Below are positions 39,655 through 51,764 of a stretch of DNA of 64,000 nt, piece by piece. The translations under genes and the position numbers were made by a program. Positions within the stretch are counted from its first letter, which is position 1; each line of letters opens with the position of its first letter. The DNA is from Chiloscyllium plagiosum (lineage: Eukaryota), in assembly GCF_004010195.1 (NCBI RefSeq), contig NC_057719.1, positions 56,997,137 to 57,061,136 on the forward strand, read 5' to 3'. The notes under the pieces are model-generated. The model saw only the letters and a program-made list of their open reading frames with translations, was not told the DNA's origin and made no database searches.

Positions 39655-40069
39655 ATAAGACTGATTCTCATTGTCAGAGAGGAACCACACTCAGACTCGG
39701 ATCAGAGGAGGGAGGGTGAGTGCTGCGCATTTTCACCAGAACAGCCGAGGTTAGAAAAAGGAACAATATATAGAAAGGGGCTCGCACCATTTATAGGAAA
39801 CCATAATCAAGGCAGTTGTTCCTGGGAACTCCAGTACAACATGTATCAGTGTATCCTGGAATATTAGAGTACAGCAGCATTGGATAAATGCTGGGATATA
39901 ACAGAATGACAGGATCTGGTGTTTTGCAGGTAATTGTCACTCACTGTATCCGTGCATACACAGAATTAAGGCACCCAATGTAACCTGAAAACGCATTTCA
40001 TCCCAGTACCTGGCATATTCCAGGAATATTATAGTATTAAAGTATATGGTACATTGTACGTCTGCTATT

Positions 40070-43000
40070 GATGGTATTAGGCAAGAACTTTCGAAAGCTG
40101 ATTGGAGGCAGATGTTCGCAGGTAAAGGGACGGCTGGAAAATGGGAAGCCTTCAGAAATGAGATAACAAGAATCCAGAGAAAGTATATTCCTGTCAGGGT
40201 GAAAGGAAAGACTGGTAGCTATAGGGAATGCTGGGTGACTAAAGAAATTCAGGGTTTTGTTAAGAAAAAGAAGGAAGCATATGTCAGGTATAGACAGGAT
40301 AGAATGAGTGAATCCTTAGAAGAGTAAAAAGCAGTAGGGATAGCAGTAGGAGGGAAGTCAGGAGGGCAAAAAGATGGACATGAGATAGCATTGGCATAGA
40401 ATTAAGGAGAATCCAAAGGGTTTTTACAAATATATTAAGGACAAAAGGGTAACTTGAGAGAGAATAGGGCCCCTCAAAGATCAGTAAGGCAGCCTTTGTG
40501 TGGAGCACAGAAAATGGGGGAGATACTAAATGAATATTTTGCATCAGTATTTACTGTGGAATAGGATATGGAAGATATAGACTATAGGGAAATAGATGGT
40601 GACATCTTGCAAAATGTCCAGATTACAGAGGAGAAAGTGCTGGATGTCTTGAAACAGTTAAAAGTGGATAAATCCCCAGGACCTGATCAGGTGTACCTGA
40701 GAACTCTGTGGGAAGCTAGAGAAGTGATTGCTGGGCCTCTTGCTGAAATATTTGTATCATCGATAGTCACAGATAAGGAAGACTGGAGGTTGGCAAACGT
40801 GGTGCCACTGTTTAAGAAGGGCGGTAAAGACAAGCCAGGGAACTATAGACCGGTGAGCTTGACCTCAGTGGTGGGCAAGTTGTTGGAGGGAATCCTGAGG
40901 GATAGGATGTACATGTCCTGAGGGACAGGAAAGGCAAGGACTGATTAGGGATAGTCAACATGACTTTGTGTGTGGGAAATCATGTCTCACAAACTTGATT
41001 GAGTTTTTTGAATTGGCACCACTGACTCAAGGTGCTAGGAACCAGTGTTTGATTCCAGACTCGAGTGACTAAAAAGATGTCCTCAAGAATATGAATATCT
41101 CGATTACTCCCAGTGCTATAAGCTAGTGAGGGCAGGCATAGGAGGATAGAACAGATGAATGCATGGCTGAGGATCTGGTGTATGGGAGAAGGATTCACAT
41201 TTTTGGACCATTGGAATCTCTTTTGGGGTGGAAGTAACCTGTACAAGAAGGACGGATTGCACCTAAATTGGAAGGGGACTAATATACTGGCAGGGAAATT
41301 TGCTAGAACTGCTTGGGAGGATTTAAACTAGTAAGGTGGGGGAGTGGGGCCCAGGGAGATAGTGAGGAAAGAGATCAATCTGAGACTGGTACAGTTGAGA
41401 ACAGAAGTGAATGAAACAGTCGGGGCAGGCAGGGACAAGGTAGGACTAATAAATTAAACTGCATTTATTTCAATGTAAGGGGCAGAACAGGGAAGGCAGA
41501 TGAACTTGGGGCATGGTTAGGAACATGGGACTGGGATATCATAGCAATTACAGAAACATGGTTCAGGGATGGGCAGAACTGGCAGCTTAATGTTCCAGGA
41601 TACAAATGCTGCTGGAAGGATAGAAAGGGAGGCAAGAGAGGAGGGGGAGTGGCTTTTTGACAAGGGATAGCATTACAGCTGTACTGTGGGAGGACATTCC
41701 CGGAAATATATCCAGGAAAGTTATTTTGGTGGAACTGAGAAATAAGAAAGTGATGATCACCTTATTGGGATTGTATTATATTTGCCTGAATTGTCAGGGT
41801 GAACTTGAGAAACAAACTTGTGAGGAGATCTCAGCTATCTGTTAGAATAAGAGGGTGGTTATGGAAGGGGATTTAACTTTCCAAACATAGGCCGGTCTGC
41901 CATAGTGTTAAGGGTTTAGATGAAGAGGAATTTGATAAATGTGTACAAGAAAATTTTCTGATTCAGTATATGGTTGTACCTACAAGAGAAGATGCAAAAC
42001 TTGACCTGCACTTGGGAGATAAGGCCGGACAGGTGACTGAGGTGTGAGTGGGAGAGCACTTTAGGGCCAGCGACCATAATTCTATTAGTTTTAAAATAGT
42101 GATGGAAAAGGATAGACCAGATCTAAAAGTTGAAGTTCTAAATTGGAGAAAGGCCAATTTTGACAGTATTAGGCAAGAACTTACAAAAGCTGATTAGGGG
42201 CAAATGTTCGCAGGTAAAGGGACAGCTGGAAAATGGGAAGCCTTCAGAAATGAGATAACGAGAATCCAGAGAAAGTATATTCCTGTTCGGGTGAAAGGAA
42301 AAACTGGTAGAAATAGGGAATGGGCTTCCTGATTCCTGATGAAGGGCTTTTGCCTGAAACATCGATTTTCCTGCTCCTCAGATGCTGCCTGACCTGCTGT
42401 GCTTTTCCAGCACCACTCTAATCTAAACTCTGGTTTCCAGCATCTGCAGTCCTCACCTTTGTCCAGAAATAGGGAATGCTGGATGACTAAAGAAACTGAG
42501 GATTTGGTTAAGAAAAAGAAGGAAGCACATGTCAGGTATAGACAGGATAGATCGAGTGAACCCTGAGAGTATAAAGGCAGTAGGAGTATACTTAAGAGGG
42601 AAATCAGGAGGGAAAAAGCAGGAGGGAGATAGCTTGGCAAATAGAATTAAGGAGAATCTAAAGAGTTTTTACAAATATATTAGGGACAAAAGGGTAACTA
42701 GGGAGGGAATAAGGCCCCTCAAAAATCAGCAAGGCGGTCTTTGTGTGGAGCCACAGGAGATGAGGGAGATACTAAACGAGTATTTTGCATCAGTATTAAC
42801 TGTAAAAAGGACATGGAAGATATAGAATGTAGGGAAATAGATGGCGACATCTTGAAAAATGTCCATATTACAGAGGAGGAAGTGCTGGGTGTCTTGAAAC
42901 GCATCAAGGTAGATAAATCGTCAGGACCTAATCAGGTGAACCAGAGAACTCTGTGGTAAACTGGGGAAGTGATTGCTGGGCCTCTTACTGTGATATTTGT

Positions 43001-44446
43001 ATCATCAATAGTCACAGGTGAGGTGCTGGAAGACCGGAGGTTGGTTAACATGGTGTCACTGTTTAAGAAGGGTGGTAAGAACAAGCCAGGGAACTATAGA
43101 CCAGTGAGCCTGATGTCGATGGTGGGCAAGTTGTTGGAGGGAATCCTGAGGGACAGGATGTACATGTATTTGGAAAGGCAAGGGCTGATTAGGGATAGTC
43201 AACATGGCTTTGTGGGTGGGAACTCATGTCTCACAAATTTGATCGAGTTTTTGAAGAAGTAACAAAAGAGGATTGATGAGGGTAGAACGGTAGATGTGAT
43301 CTATATGGACTTCAGTAAGGCGTTTGACAGGGTTCCATATGGTAGACTGGTGAGCAGGGTTAGATCTCACGGAACACAGGGCGAACTAGCCATTTAGATA
43401 CACAACTGGCTCAAAAGTGGTGGTGGAGGGTTGTTTTTCAGATTGGAGGCATGTGATTCGTGAAGCGGCTCAAGGATTGGTGCCGGATCCACTAGTTTTC
43501 ATCATTTATTTAAATGATTTGGATGTGAGCATAAGAGGTATAGTTAGTAAGTTTACAGATGACACCAAAATTGGAGGTGTAGTGGACGGCGAAGAAGGTT
43601 ACCTCAGATTACAATGGGATCTTGATCAGATGGGCCCGTGGGCTGAGAAATGGCCGATGGAGTTTAATTGTTTAATTCAGATAAATGCGAGGTGCTGCAT
43701 TTTAGGAAAGCAAATCTTAGCAGGACTTATACACTTAATGGTAAGATCCTAGGGAGTGTTGCTGAACAAAGAGACCTTGGAGTGCAGGTAGATAGGATAG
43801 TGAAGAAGGCGTTTGGTATGCTTTCTTTTATTGGTCAGAGTATTGCGTACAGGAGTTGGGGTCATGTTGCGGCTGTACAGGGTATTGGTTAGACCACTGT
43901 TGGAATATTGCGTGCAATTTTGGACTCCTTCCTATTTGGAAGGATGTTGTGAAACTTGAAAGGGTTCAGAAAAGATTAAAAGGATGTTGCCAGGGTTGGA
44001 GGATCTGAGCAACAGGGAGAGACTGAACAGGCTGGGGCTGAATTCCCTGGAGTGTCGGAGGCTGAGGGGTGACCTTATAGAGGTTTACAAAATTATGAGA
44101 GGCGTGGATAGGATAAATAGGCAAAGTCTTTTCACTGGGGTGGAGGTGTCCAGAACTAGAGGGCAAAGGTTTAGGGTGAGAGGGGAAAGATATAAGAGAC
44201 CTTAGGGGCAACGTTTTCACGCAGAGGGTGCTATGTGTATGGAATGAGCTGCTAGAGAAAGTGGTGGAGGCTGGTACAATTGCAACATTTAAGAGGCATT
44301 TGGATGGGTATATGAATAGGAAGGGTTTGGAAGGATATGGACCGGGTGCTAGTAGGTGGGACTAGATTGGGTTGGGATATCTGGACGGCATGGACGGGTT
44401 GGACCGAAGGGTCTGTTTTCGTGCTGTACATTTCTATGACTCTAAC
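40070..44446 (+). mobile_element. CR1 composite: ORF2 fragment (40070-41010) followed by ORF1 end + ORF2 + 3'UTR (41011-44446)
   Basis: SGNH-esterase-like ORF1 end (DGLHLNWKGTNILAG), APE and RT motifs with stops/frameshifts. Confidence 0.92.
42323..42464 (+). mobile_element. 142-nt solo family B pLTR insertion within CR1 ORF2
   Basis: Perfect 14-bp TSD agaaatagggaatg (42309-42322, 42465-42478); CTGATGA...GAAAC core. Confidence 0.9.
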
Positions 44447-46717
44447 TCTAATTCCAACTTATCCTTTGAAACAGAAACGTTTGTTATGAATTGATCTCGC
44501 CAAAAGTGCAGAGTTTTCTTATTCTGGTGTAACTTAGATTGAATTCTGGTAAAATATTTAGTTTTGACAGCATTTTGTCGAAACCCACAGCCGTACAATT
44601 ATTACTTGATAACTTGCCACTTTTGGTTTTAGATCCGCATCAATCCAAATAAAACAGTAATTTAGAAGATTACTCCGGCCCCTTGAAAAAGTTAAGTTCT
44701 TAAAAGTGTAGAATATATCCAATTTCCAGGGAAACACATAACACTTGACTTCACCAGTCAGTTAGTAAAAATGTGTAGTTTTACCTTTATATCAAGTACA
44801 ATTTAAACAGTGCAAGTGGCACTTGTTGCAGTGCTTGAGCACAATAGTAAAGCATAGCTTAAAGCTGTGAAAATCAGATTTAGGAAAGAATTGGAGAATA
44901 TTTCTTAACATGTAGTCTGGCATTTCCCATCATCCATTATCTCCAGTGATCTTTTCAATGGATATATGTCTTTGAGTCAGATGAAAACAGGATTACACTG
45001 CTTTCTTACACCTGAACAGCTTTCTGGTGCTCGCTGCTCAGATTGTAATGCAGAATGTTAAACTTTCAAGTGGCAGCATTAGAAGAAATACCATAAAACT
45101 ATTGCTACTGGTAGAAACATACCCCTGCATTAGAGTGCCTACAGCAGGAGAGTTTTAATAAATTGCGTGGAAGGGCAGGTGAATCCAGGAGATTGGACTA
45201 ACTTATGGAATTGCAAAATGCTATATTGGGAGGATAATAGTGATAATGTAATTGGAGGATGAAATTTAATGAGTTTTTTTATACATATGAGAAGTAGCAT
45301 TTCATTTTGTTTGACTGAAGTATGCACTGTCCTCAGGGACCTATCACATTTACCACCTCCTCATTGAGTTAGATTTAGAAGCCAAATTTATATTGAGATA
45401 CTTCTGAAGTTTACATGTGTGGAAATTGTGCAGATTTCTACCAAAGTACTACATTGCACAAACCAGAAATATGGAGATCTGAAACAAAACAGAATGTTGG
45501 AGAAAATCAGTAGATCTGACAGCATTTTTGAAGAGAAAAGCAAAGTTGACTGTTGGAGTCCCATGACCATCCATCAGAACCAAAATATTCCAAGTTTATC
45601 TCTTGTCTAATTAGGCCATCTAAGCTGTAGGGTTTTACATAATTGTTTCGAACAAGAAGAATATCTGATCTATACGGTAGGTGCTCCAGGCCCTATCAGT
45701 GAGTTAGATTGGCAGATCAATTTTTTTTTAAATGTCATTACTAAAGAAAAGCTGAAAATGCTGGAAAAATTCTTTTGAACTGTTCTGAAGAAGAGTCCTT
45801 ATCAGACTTGAAGCATTAATTCTGCTCCTGCACAGATGCTATCAGACTTGCTGAGTTTCTCCAGTATTTCTGTTTTTTTTTCAGGTTTCCAGCATCTGCA
45901 GTGTTTTGCTTTTACTTGATTACTGAAGATATGTTTGAATCATGTGTTTTAATTCCTACTTTTTTTTGTTGACGTGTCTAATTACTTGTGATGTCTTTTT
46001 ACCTGCTGCCATCTTAACACCAAGGAGGGTCGTCATATGATAATTGACAACTGCATACATTACCATAATTACTGATTGGGTTTTTCTGGCAAATTGTGTG
46101 TTTGGTTAATTTAGAAAAATAGTCAGTAATAATGCAATCGTTACGTGTTCTTTATGTTCAATATTCTATATCTGAAGTGAAGTAAAAGACACATCCCACA
46201 GAATGGTTGCAATGCAAAGGGAAACCATTAGGTCCATTTTGTCCATGCTAACTCTGTACAAGATCAATCGGAATATCCTAATCATCTTCCTTTTATTTTG
46301 CAAAATGTTTCTCTAATATAGTAATCCAATATTTTGGTAGCCATTGTTGAATCTGCCATTATCACATTCTCAAGCAGTGCTTCTTTATTCGAAGTACTTG
46401 GTACATTTTTCTAAAATTAAGAACTTTTTTCTCATGTTGCATTTGGGTCTTTTACCATTCACCTTCAGTTTCTCCCTGTCACTTTCGTCCCACCCACTCA
46501 TTATTTTTGAATGCATCTATCATACCTCCAGCTAATGCACTGTTGTATCCTGCAGATGGCTGGGTCTTTAATTTGAGTCTGTTAATGAAATTTCAAATTG
46601 TGTGTAAAACATATAGCTGCAAACATAAATCTTATGCACATATAAAGTATAATAAAAGGTATAACTACCTTTGACAGTATTCATTTAATTATACTCTATG
46701 TAAATTGTTTAATTATC

Positions 46718-47018
46718 GGTGGCTCATTGGTTAGCACTACTGCCTCACAGCTCCAGGGACCCAGGTTCGATTCCAGCCTTGGGCAACTGTCTGTGTGGAG
46801 TTTGCACATTCTCCCAGTGTCTGCGTGGGTTTTTTGCAGGTGCTCTGATTTCCTCCCACACTCCAAAGATGTGCAGGTTAGGTGAAAAGACCATGCTAAA
46901 TTGCCCATGGTATTGAGTGTCAGAGGAAAATGGGTCTTGGTGGGTTACTCTTCGGAGGGTCAGTGTGGACTTGTTGGGCCGAAGGGCCTGTTTCCACACT
47001 GTAGGGAATCTAATCTAA
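46718..47018 (+). mobile_element. HE1-type SINE
   Basis: A/B boxes, aatct tail. Confidence 0.9.
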
Positions 47019-47113
47019 ATTGGATGTGAGATATGACAGTTTTGAACTATATTTGATTTGGCTGAACAAATTTCAAGGTGAATAACTTAACCAAATAGTC
47101 TTTATATTTTCAG

Positions 47114-47241
47114 GTTATATAGGGAAAGGTTAAGTCAAGTGGAAGCAAAACTTGAGGAAGTTATAGCAGGAAAGGCTCCTGAATATTTGGAACCATTAGC
47201 AACTCTACAAGAGAATATGCAAATTCGAACAAAGGTTGCAG
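47114..47241 (+). CDS. BRMS1L: BRMS1L exon 3 (128 nt)
   Basis: [42 protein letters not shown](G); canonical AG/GT. Confidence 0.95.
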
Positions 47242-47512
47242 GTAAAAATTAAATTTTAAAATTTCTTTTTCAAATGCATATTTTCATGTGCAATTTTTAC
47301 AAGTCTAAAGAGATCCACGCTATTATATTGTTCTCTAAACCCAACTTGATGCAACATTTAACAGCAGCAACGTAGCTGTCAAGGTAATTATGAAAAGGCA
47401 GTTCCACTTGATCCACTAATGATCTGAATATATGTTAATTTAGCAGTCAAAAGATATGAATAAAAATCAACCCATTTATTTTCTATTTAAATGGGTGATT
47501 TTCTGGTTACAG

Positions 47513-47592
47513 GTATCTATAGAGAACTCTGTTTGAAGACTGTAAAGAATCAATATGAGTGTGAAGTCCAGGCAGCATTCCAACACTGGGAG
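47513..47592 (+). CDS. BRMS1L: BRMS1L exon 4 (80 nt)
   Basis: [26 protein letters not shown]; AG/GTGAGC. Confidence 0.95.
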
Positions 47593-47799
47593 GTGAGCAG
47601 TGTTAACTTTACAATGGTCACTCCTGCTATTGTAACTGTAACAGATAGCTTGGTAAGGATTAGGGTGAAGACGATATTCTCTCACATTGGTTCTCTCACC
47701 ATCTGCAAAAATATCCTTCAATTAAGTGGCCTTTTTAAACAAATTGACATTTTAAGCTTCCAGATATATTCTGTGTCCATGCTATCTGCCTCCAAGTGG

Positions 47800-50085
47800 T
47801 GCTTAACCAGGAAAGTACTGATCATTTAATGCAGAGTATTGGTGATCAACTGAATTCTTCGAAACCCACATCAGATCTGATTGGATTCGGTCTCCATGCT
47901 GAGCTTTTTTCCCTGACTGTGTTAAGCTGTTTCCATAGTGTGTATGAATCTGTCAGTGGAGCAGGAATATGGAACAATAGCTGATGGCTATGATCCTCTA
48001 AGTCTGATTGTTAGTTTTTATTAATCTGTGTGATAGCACTGCCCATAGATATTTGTGAGGAGTTTTGTGATTGATTTATGCTGGGAGTGCTTTTTTTCAT
48101 ATCCTAATTTGAAGCTTGGGTGCACTATCCTCTTATTTTTCACTTTATATGGCTTCATACTAAGAATGCCTCACATGGTGTTGTGTACCCACCACTGTGC
48201 TGAATGGGATAGGTAAAGAAATGTCCAGCAGCTCAAAACTAGGAATCTGTGAGATTCTGTGGTCCAGCAGCGACAGATGGATTACATACCACCCACAATC
48301 TGCAACTCCCGTAACTTGGCATATTCCTCTGTCTTCCTTGGGTTCACTGAATGTAGAGGCACGTGGTGGGATCAGCTCCAGGCATGGAAGGCTGACCTGG
48401 TGAAGCACGCAGTGGATTAAATATATGCTACGTCATGGAAGTGACATGATATGGTTAGACCTTGGCCATCCCATGCAACCAGTCAGATCAAAACTCTGCA
48501 GTCCTGCCACGTTCAATATCCAATCATAATGGACAGTTCAGTAGCAAACTGGAGGAGCTCAGTATGAGAGTGCAAAAGCCAAGGTTGAAATGTTTGTAAC
48601 CATCTTAAGTCAGTAGTATTAACTAGGTAATCTTTCAGTCTTCTGATACAGCCACCATCACAGGTGCCAGTCTTCAGCTAATTTCCTTCACCCTATGTGA
48701 CATCAGGAAATGACTAAATGCAGTGCACACAGTAAAGTCTACAAGCTTGACAGTCTCCATGCTATTATGGCAGACTGTCTCCAGAACTAATTCTTAATCT
48801 TTAGATAAACTATTTAAGTAGAACTACTAGAATAGCTTTTTTCTGAAAAAGGTGGATAATTGTGAGAATAGGCACCATTGAGTCTATTCCCTGAGCAAAG
48901 TGATAGAACAATGCTATCAAGTGGCACTTGCTCACCCATCTTTCTTTTTGCTTCTGGGAAAAAAACTTGGCAGCACATGTCCTATACAGCTTTATTCCTA
49001 ACATGAATTAATAGATTTGGAGAGATGAGATGAGAGTAACTGCTCTTTACATCAAGATAACATTTGACTGAATGCACTCACCTAATAAGAATGAAATAAA
49101 TAGAATTCAATGGAAAAACTCTGGAGTTATATCTGAATGGTTATGGTTGTTGAAGAGCAATCATCCTGGCCTAGAATACTGAAATTCTAAGTACTTTAGG
49201 GCCCAACACAAGCAGTTGCTTCATCGATCATCATCCTATGTTTATAACTTCAGAATTGAAGCTTTTCACTAATTGAAGAGTGTTTAGTAAGACAATGAAG
49301 CAGTCTAAACCCCAGGCAGGAAAACCTAGACAGCTTCCAAGATTGGGATGTAAGTGGCAAGTATTATTCAGGCTACACCAGTATCAGAAAATTATTGCAA
49401 TTGGAGAGGTTAACCACCTTCCCTTATAGTCAATGTCATTGCCATCACAGAATACCCTCCCATCTAAAGGTGGGCATTTCCCAGAAATTAAATTGTAGTC
49501 CCAAACAATGCTGTGGCTATTAAAGCAGACCAGAGGAATAAGTATTATGCCATGAGTGACTGTCTACCATCTAAAATGCACTTTAGGAATATGATACAAT
49601 GCTTTTCACTTGCTTGGATGCTTGCAGCTCCAAAATCGCTTAAATGACTTCACACTGTCTAAAACAAAGTAGTCCATTTGACAGGCAGTACATCCATTTG
49701 TTTAAACCCAACCCCTTCACTGTTGTGATACCATGGTTGCATTGTGTACCACCTAAAAGATGCACTGCACCTTCGTGCCAAGACGTTTTTTAGATTAGAT
49801 TAGATTACTTAATCTTTGATTGCACCTACAAAGCTTCTTGATTTCCACTGTTTAGAAGGTGAGAGAAGCAAATGCATGAGAACACCGTGACCACCAAGCC
49901 ATAAACCATCTTCGCATATATTACTCTGTTATTGCAGGATCAAGATCCTGTAACTAGCAACTTTATAAAACATTGTGAACTATGGCATTGGATGTTATGA
50001 CAAAGAAGCATTATCACCATCTCAATCACAGCTATAGATGCCAGCCTTGCCAGCGGTGACAGCATTCCACGAATAATGAAATTTT
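47800..50085 (+). mobile_element. Highly degraded LINE of another clade (related piece ~59650-60250)
   Basis: Degenerate RT-like segments; 3' tail gccagccttgccagcggtgac...cacgaataatgaa resembles tail of the 10014 SINE. Confidence 0.5.
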
Positions 50086-50147
50086 AAGAAGTGGTTATGT
50101 ATATAAAATAATTCAGAAAAGTTAACCTATATTCTGCTGCTTACTAG

Positions 50148-50244
50148 AGTGAAAAGCTCCTTCTCTATGATACTGTACAAAGTGAACTGGAGGAGAGAAT
50201 TCGGCGCCTTGAAGAAGACCGGCACAGCATTGACATCACTTCAG
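50148..50244 (+). CDS. BRMS1L: BRMS1L exon 5 (97 nt)
   Basis: [32 protein letters not shown]; TAG/GTATGC. Confidence 0.95.
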
Positions 50245-50363
50245 GTATGCAAGCTACTCAGTTCACATGAAGAGTATATAATGTTCTGCAGATTAGCACT
50301 TTACAATGCTTAAGGACAATAAAAACTCTAACATTCTTTAAAATAAACACAAGAAATCTCCAA

Positions 50364-50984
50364 GTTTTGTGAAGATTTGTAGCTCAGGTTGAGATTCTGG
50401 TTGTAGATTTGCTCGCTGAGCTGGAAGGTTCATGTTCAGATGTTTCATCACCATACTAGTAACATCTTCGGTGAGTCTCCAGATGAAGCATTGCTGATGA
50501 TTCTGCTTTCTATTTATATGTTTGGGTTTCTTTGGGTCGGTGATGTCATTTCCTGTGCTCTTTCTCAGGGGGTAGTAGATGGTGTCTAACCTCATGTGTT
50601 TGTTAATCGAGTTCCGATTGGAATGCCATGCTTCTAGGAATTCTCGTGCGTGTCTCTGTTTGACTTGTCCTTGGATGGATGTGTTGTCCCAGTCAAAGTG
50701 GTCTCCTTCCTCATCTGTATGTAAGGATATTAGTGAGGGAGGGTCATGACGACATGACCAATCGGAACTTTATCAATAAACACATTGACTTGGACCTGAT
50801 TTACCACCCCCTGAGAAAAAGAACAGGACATGACATCACCAACCCAAAAAAACCCAAATATATAATAAGAAAGCAGGAATCATTAGCGATGCTTCGTCTG
50901 GAGACTCACTAAAGATGTTCCTAGTATGGTGATGAAACATCTGGACATGAACCTTCCAGCTCAGCGAGCAAACCTACATCCAGA
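50364..50984. mobile_element. Penelope-like 3' fragment, inverted hairpin pair
   Basis: Same family as 23257-24048; candidate TSD acaagaaatc (50349-50358, 50985-50994). Confidence 0.85.
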
Positions 50985-51164
50985 ACAAGAAATCAAATTG
51001 TTGCATCAGTTATAGAACTATGTTTTTGCTTCATTTGTCAACCAACAAATGTGTATAAAGTTACTATGAAACTACTAGTGGTTGATACAAAAATGATTGA
51101 ATATTTCCATGTTTAAAAACACTGCTTAAATATCTAGATTAATAACTTATTATCTATTTTGTAG

Positions 51165-51254
51165 AACTTTGGAATGATGAACTACAATCCAGAAAAAATA
51201 AGAGGAAAGATCCATTTAGTCCAGACAAAAAGAAAAAACCAGTGGTTGTCTCTG
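51165..51254 (+). CDS. BRMS1L: BRMS1L exon 6 (90 nt)
   Basis: (E)[29 protein letters not shown](G); followed by U12 donor ATATCCTTT. Confidence 0.93.
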
Positions 51255-51630
51255 ATATCCTTTTTTTAAAACTACATCTTTAGAACAAAGCAAATGCTTC
51301 AACAAAGCCCACTAGTAACCAGGCACAAACATCTCCCATTGGCTGTTATCCCTATTGGAAATCTAATAATCTTGCAGAGCTTTTGTTGAAATTAATACCT
51401 AAAATATTTAATATTTTAATGTATAATTTAAGACTAATTTCTGGTATAGAAATAGTTTTTATTAATGTTTTTAAAATATGATATTTCTCCATGATAACTT
51501 GAAAATGAAAAGATAAAACATGTCTTATTTTAAGCATTCTATTACTGTTTTAAGTATGTATATCATATTTTTAAACTGTAGAGAAACAGAATTAATTTTC
51601 AGTTTCTGGGAATTTCCTTAACCATCAAAC
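51255..51630 (+). other. BRMS1L: U12-type (minor spliceosome) AT-AC intron
   Basis: 5' ATATCCTTTT at 51255; branch site TTCCTTAAC 51614-51622; 3' AC at 51629-51630; splicing restores VVVSGPYVVY. Confidence 0.93.
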
Positions 51631-51695
51631 GTCCTTATGTAGTTTACATGTTACAAGATCTTGATATACTTGAAGACTGGACAACCATTAGAAAA
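51631..51695 (+). CDS. BRMS1L: BRMS1L exon 7 (65 nt)
   Basis: (G)[21 protein letters not shown]; donor AAA|GTATGT. Confidence 0.95.
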
Positions 51696-51764
51696 GTATG
51701 TTTCTTCATATACTATGCCCCTCATTTGTAGTAATTTTTTGTAAATTGAAATTGTAATTTGAAA

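Noticed and set aside
39330-39719. Stand-alone 129-aa gene or a functional MHC class I gene
   Set aside because: ATG lies in a SINE head; no signal peptide, alpha1/alpha2 or TM exons found
40070-44446. Active autonomous CR1
   Set aside because: Many stops, frameshifts and a nested insertion
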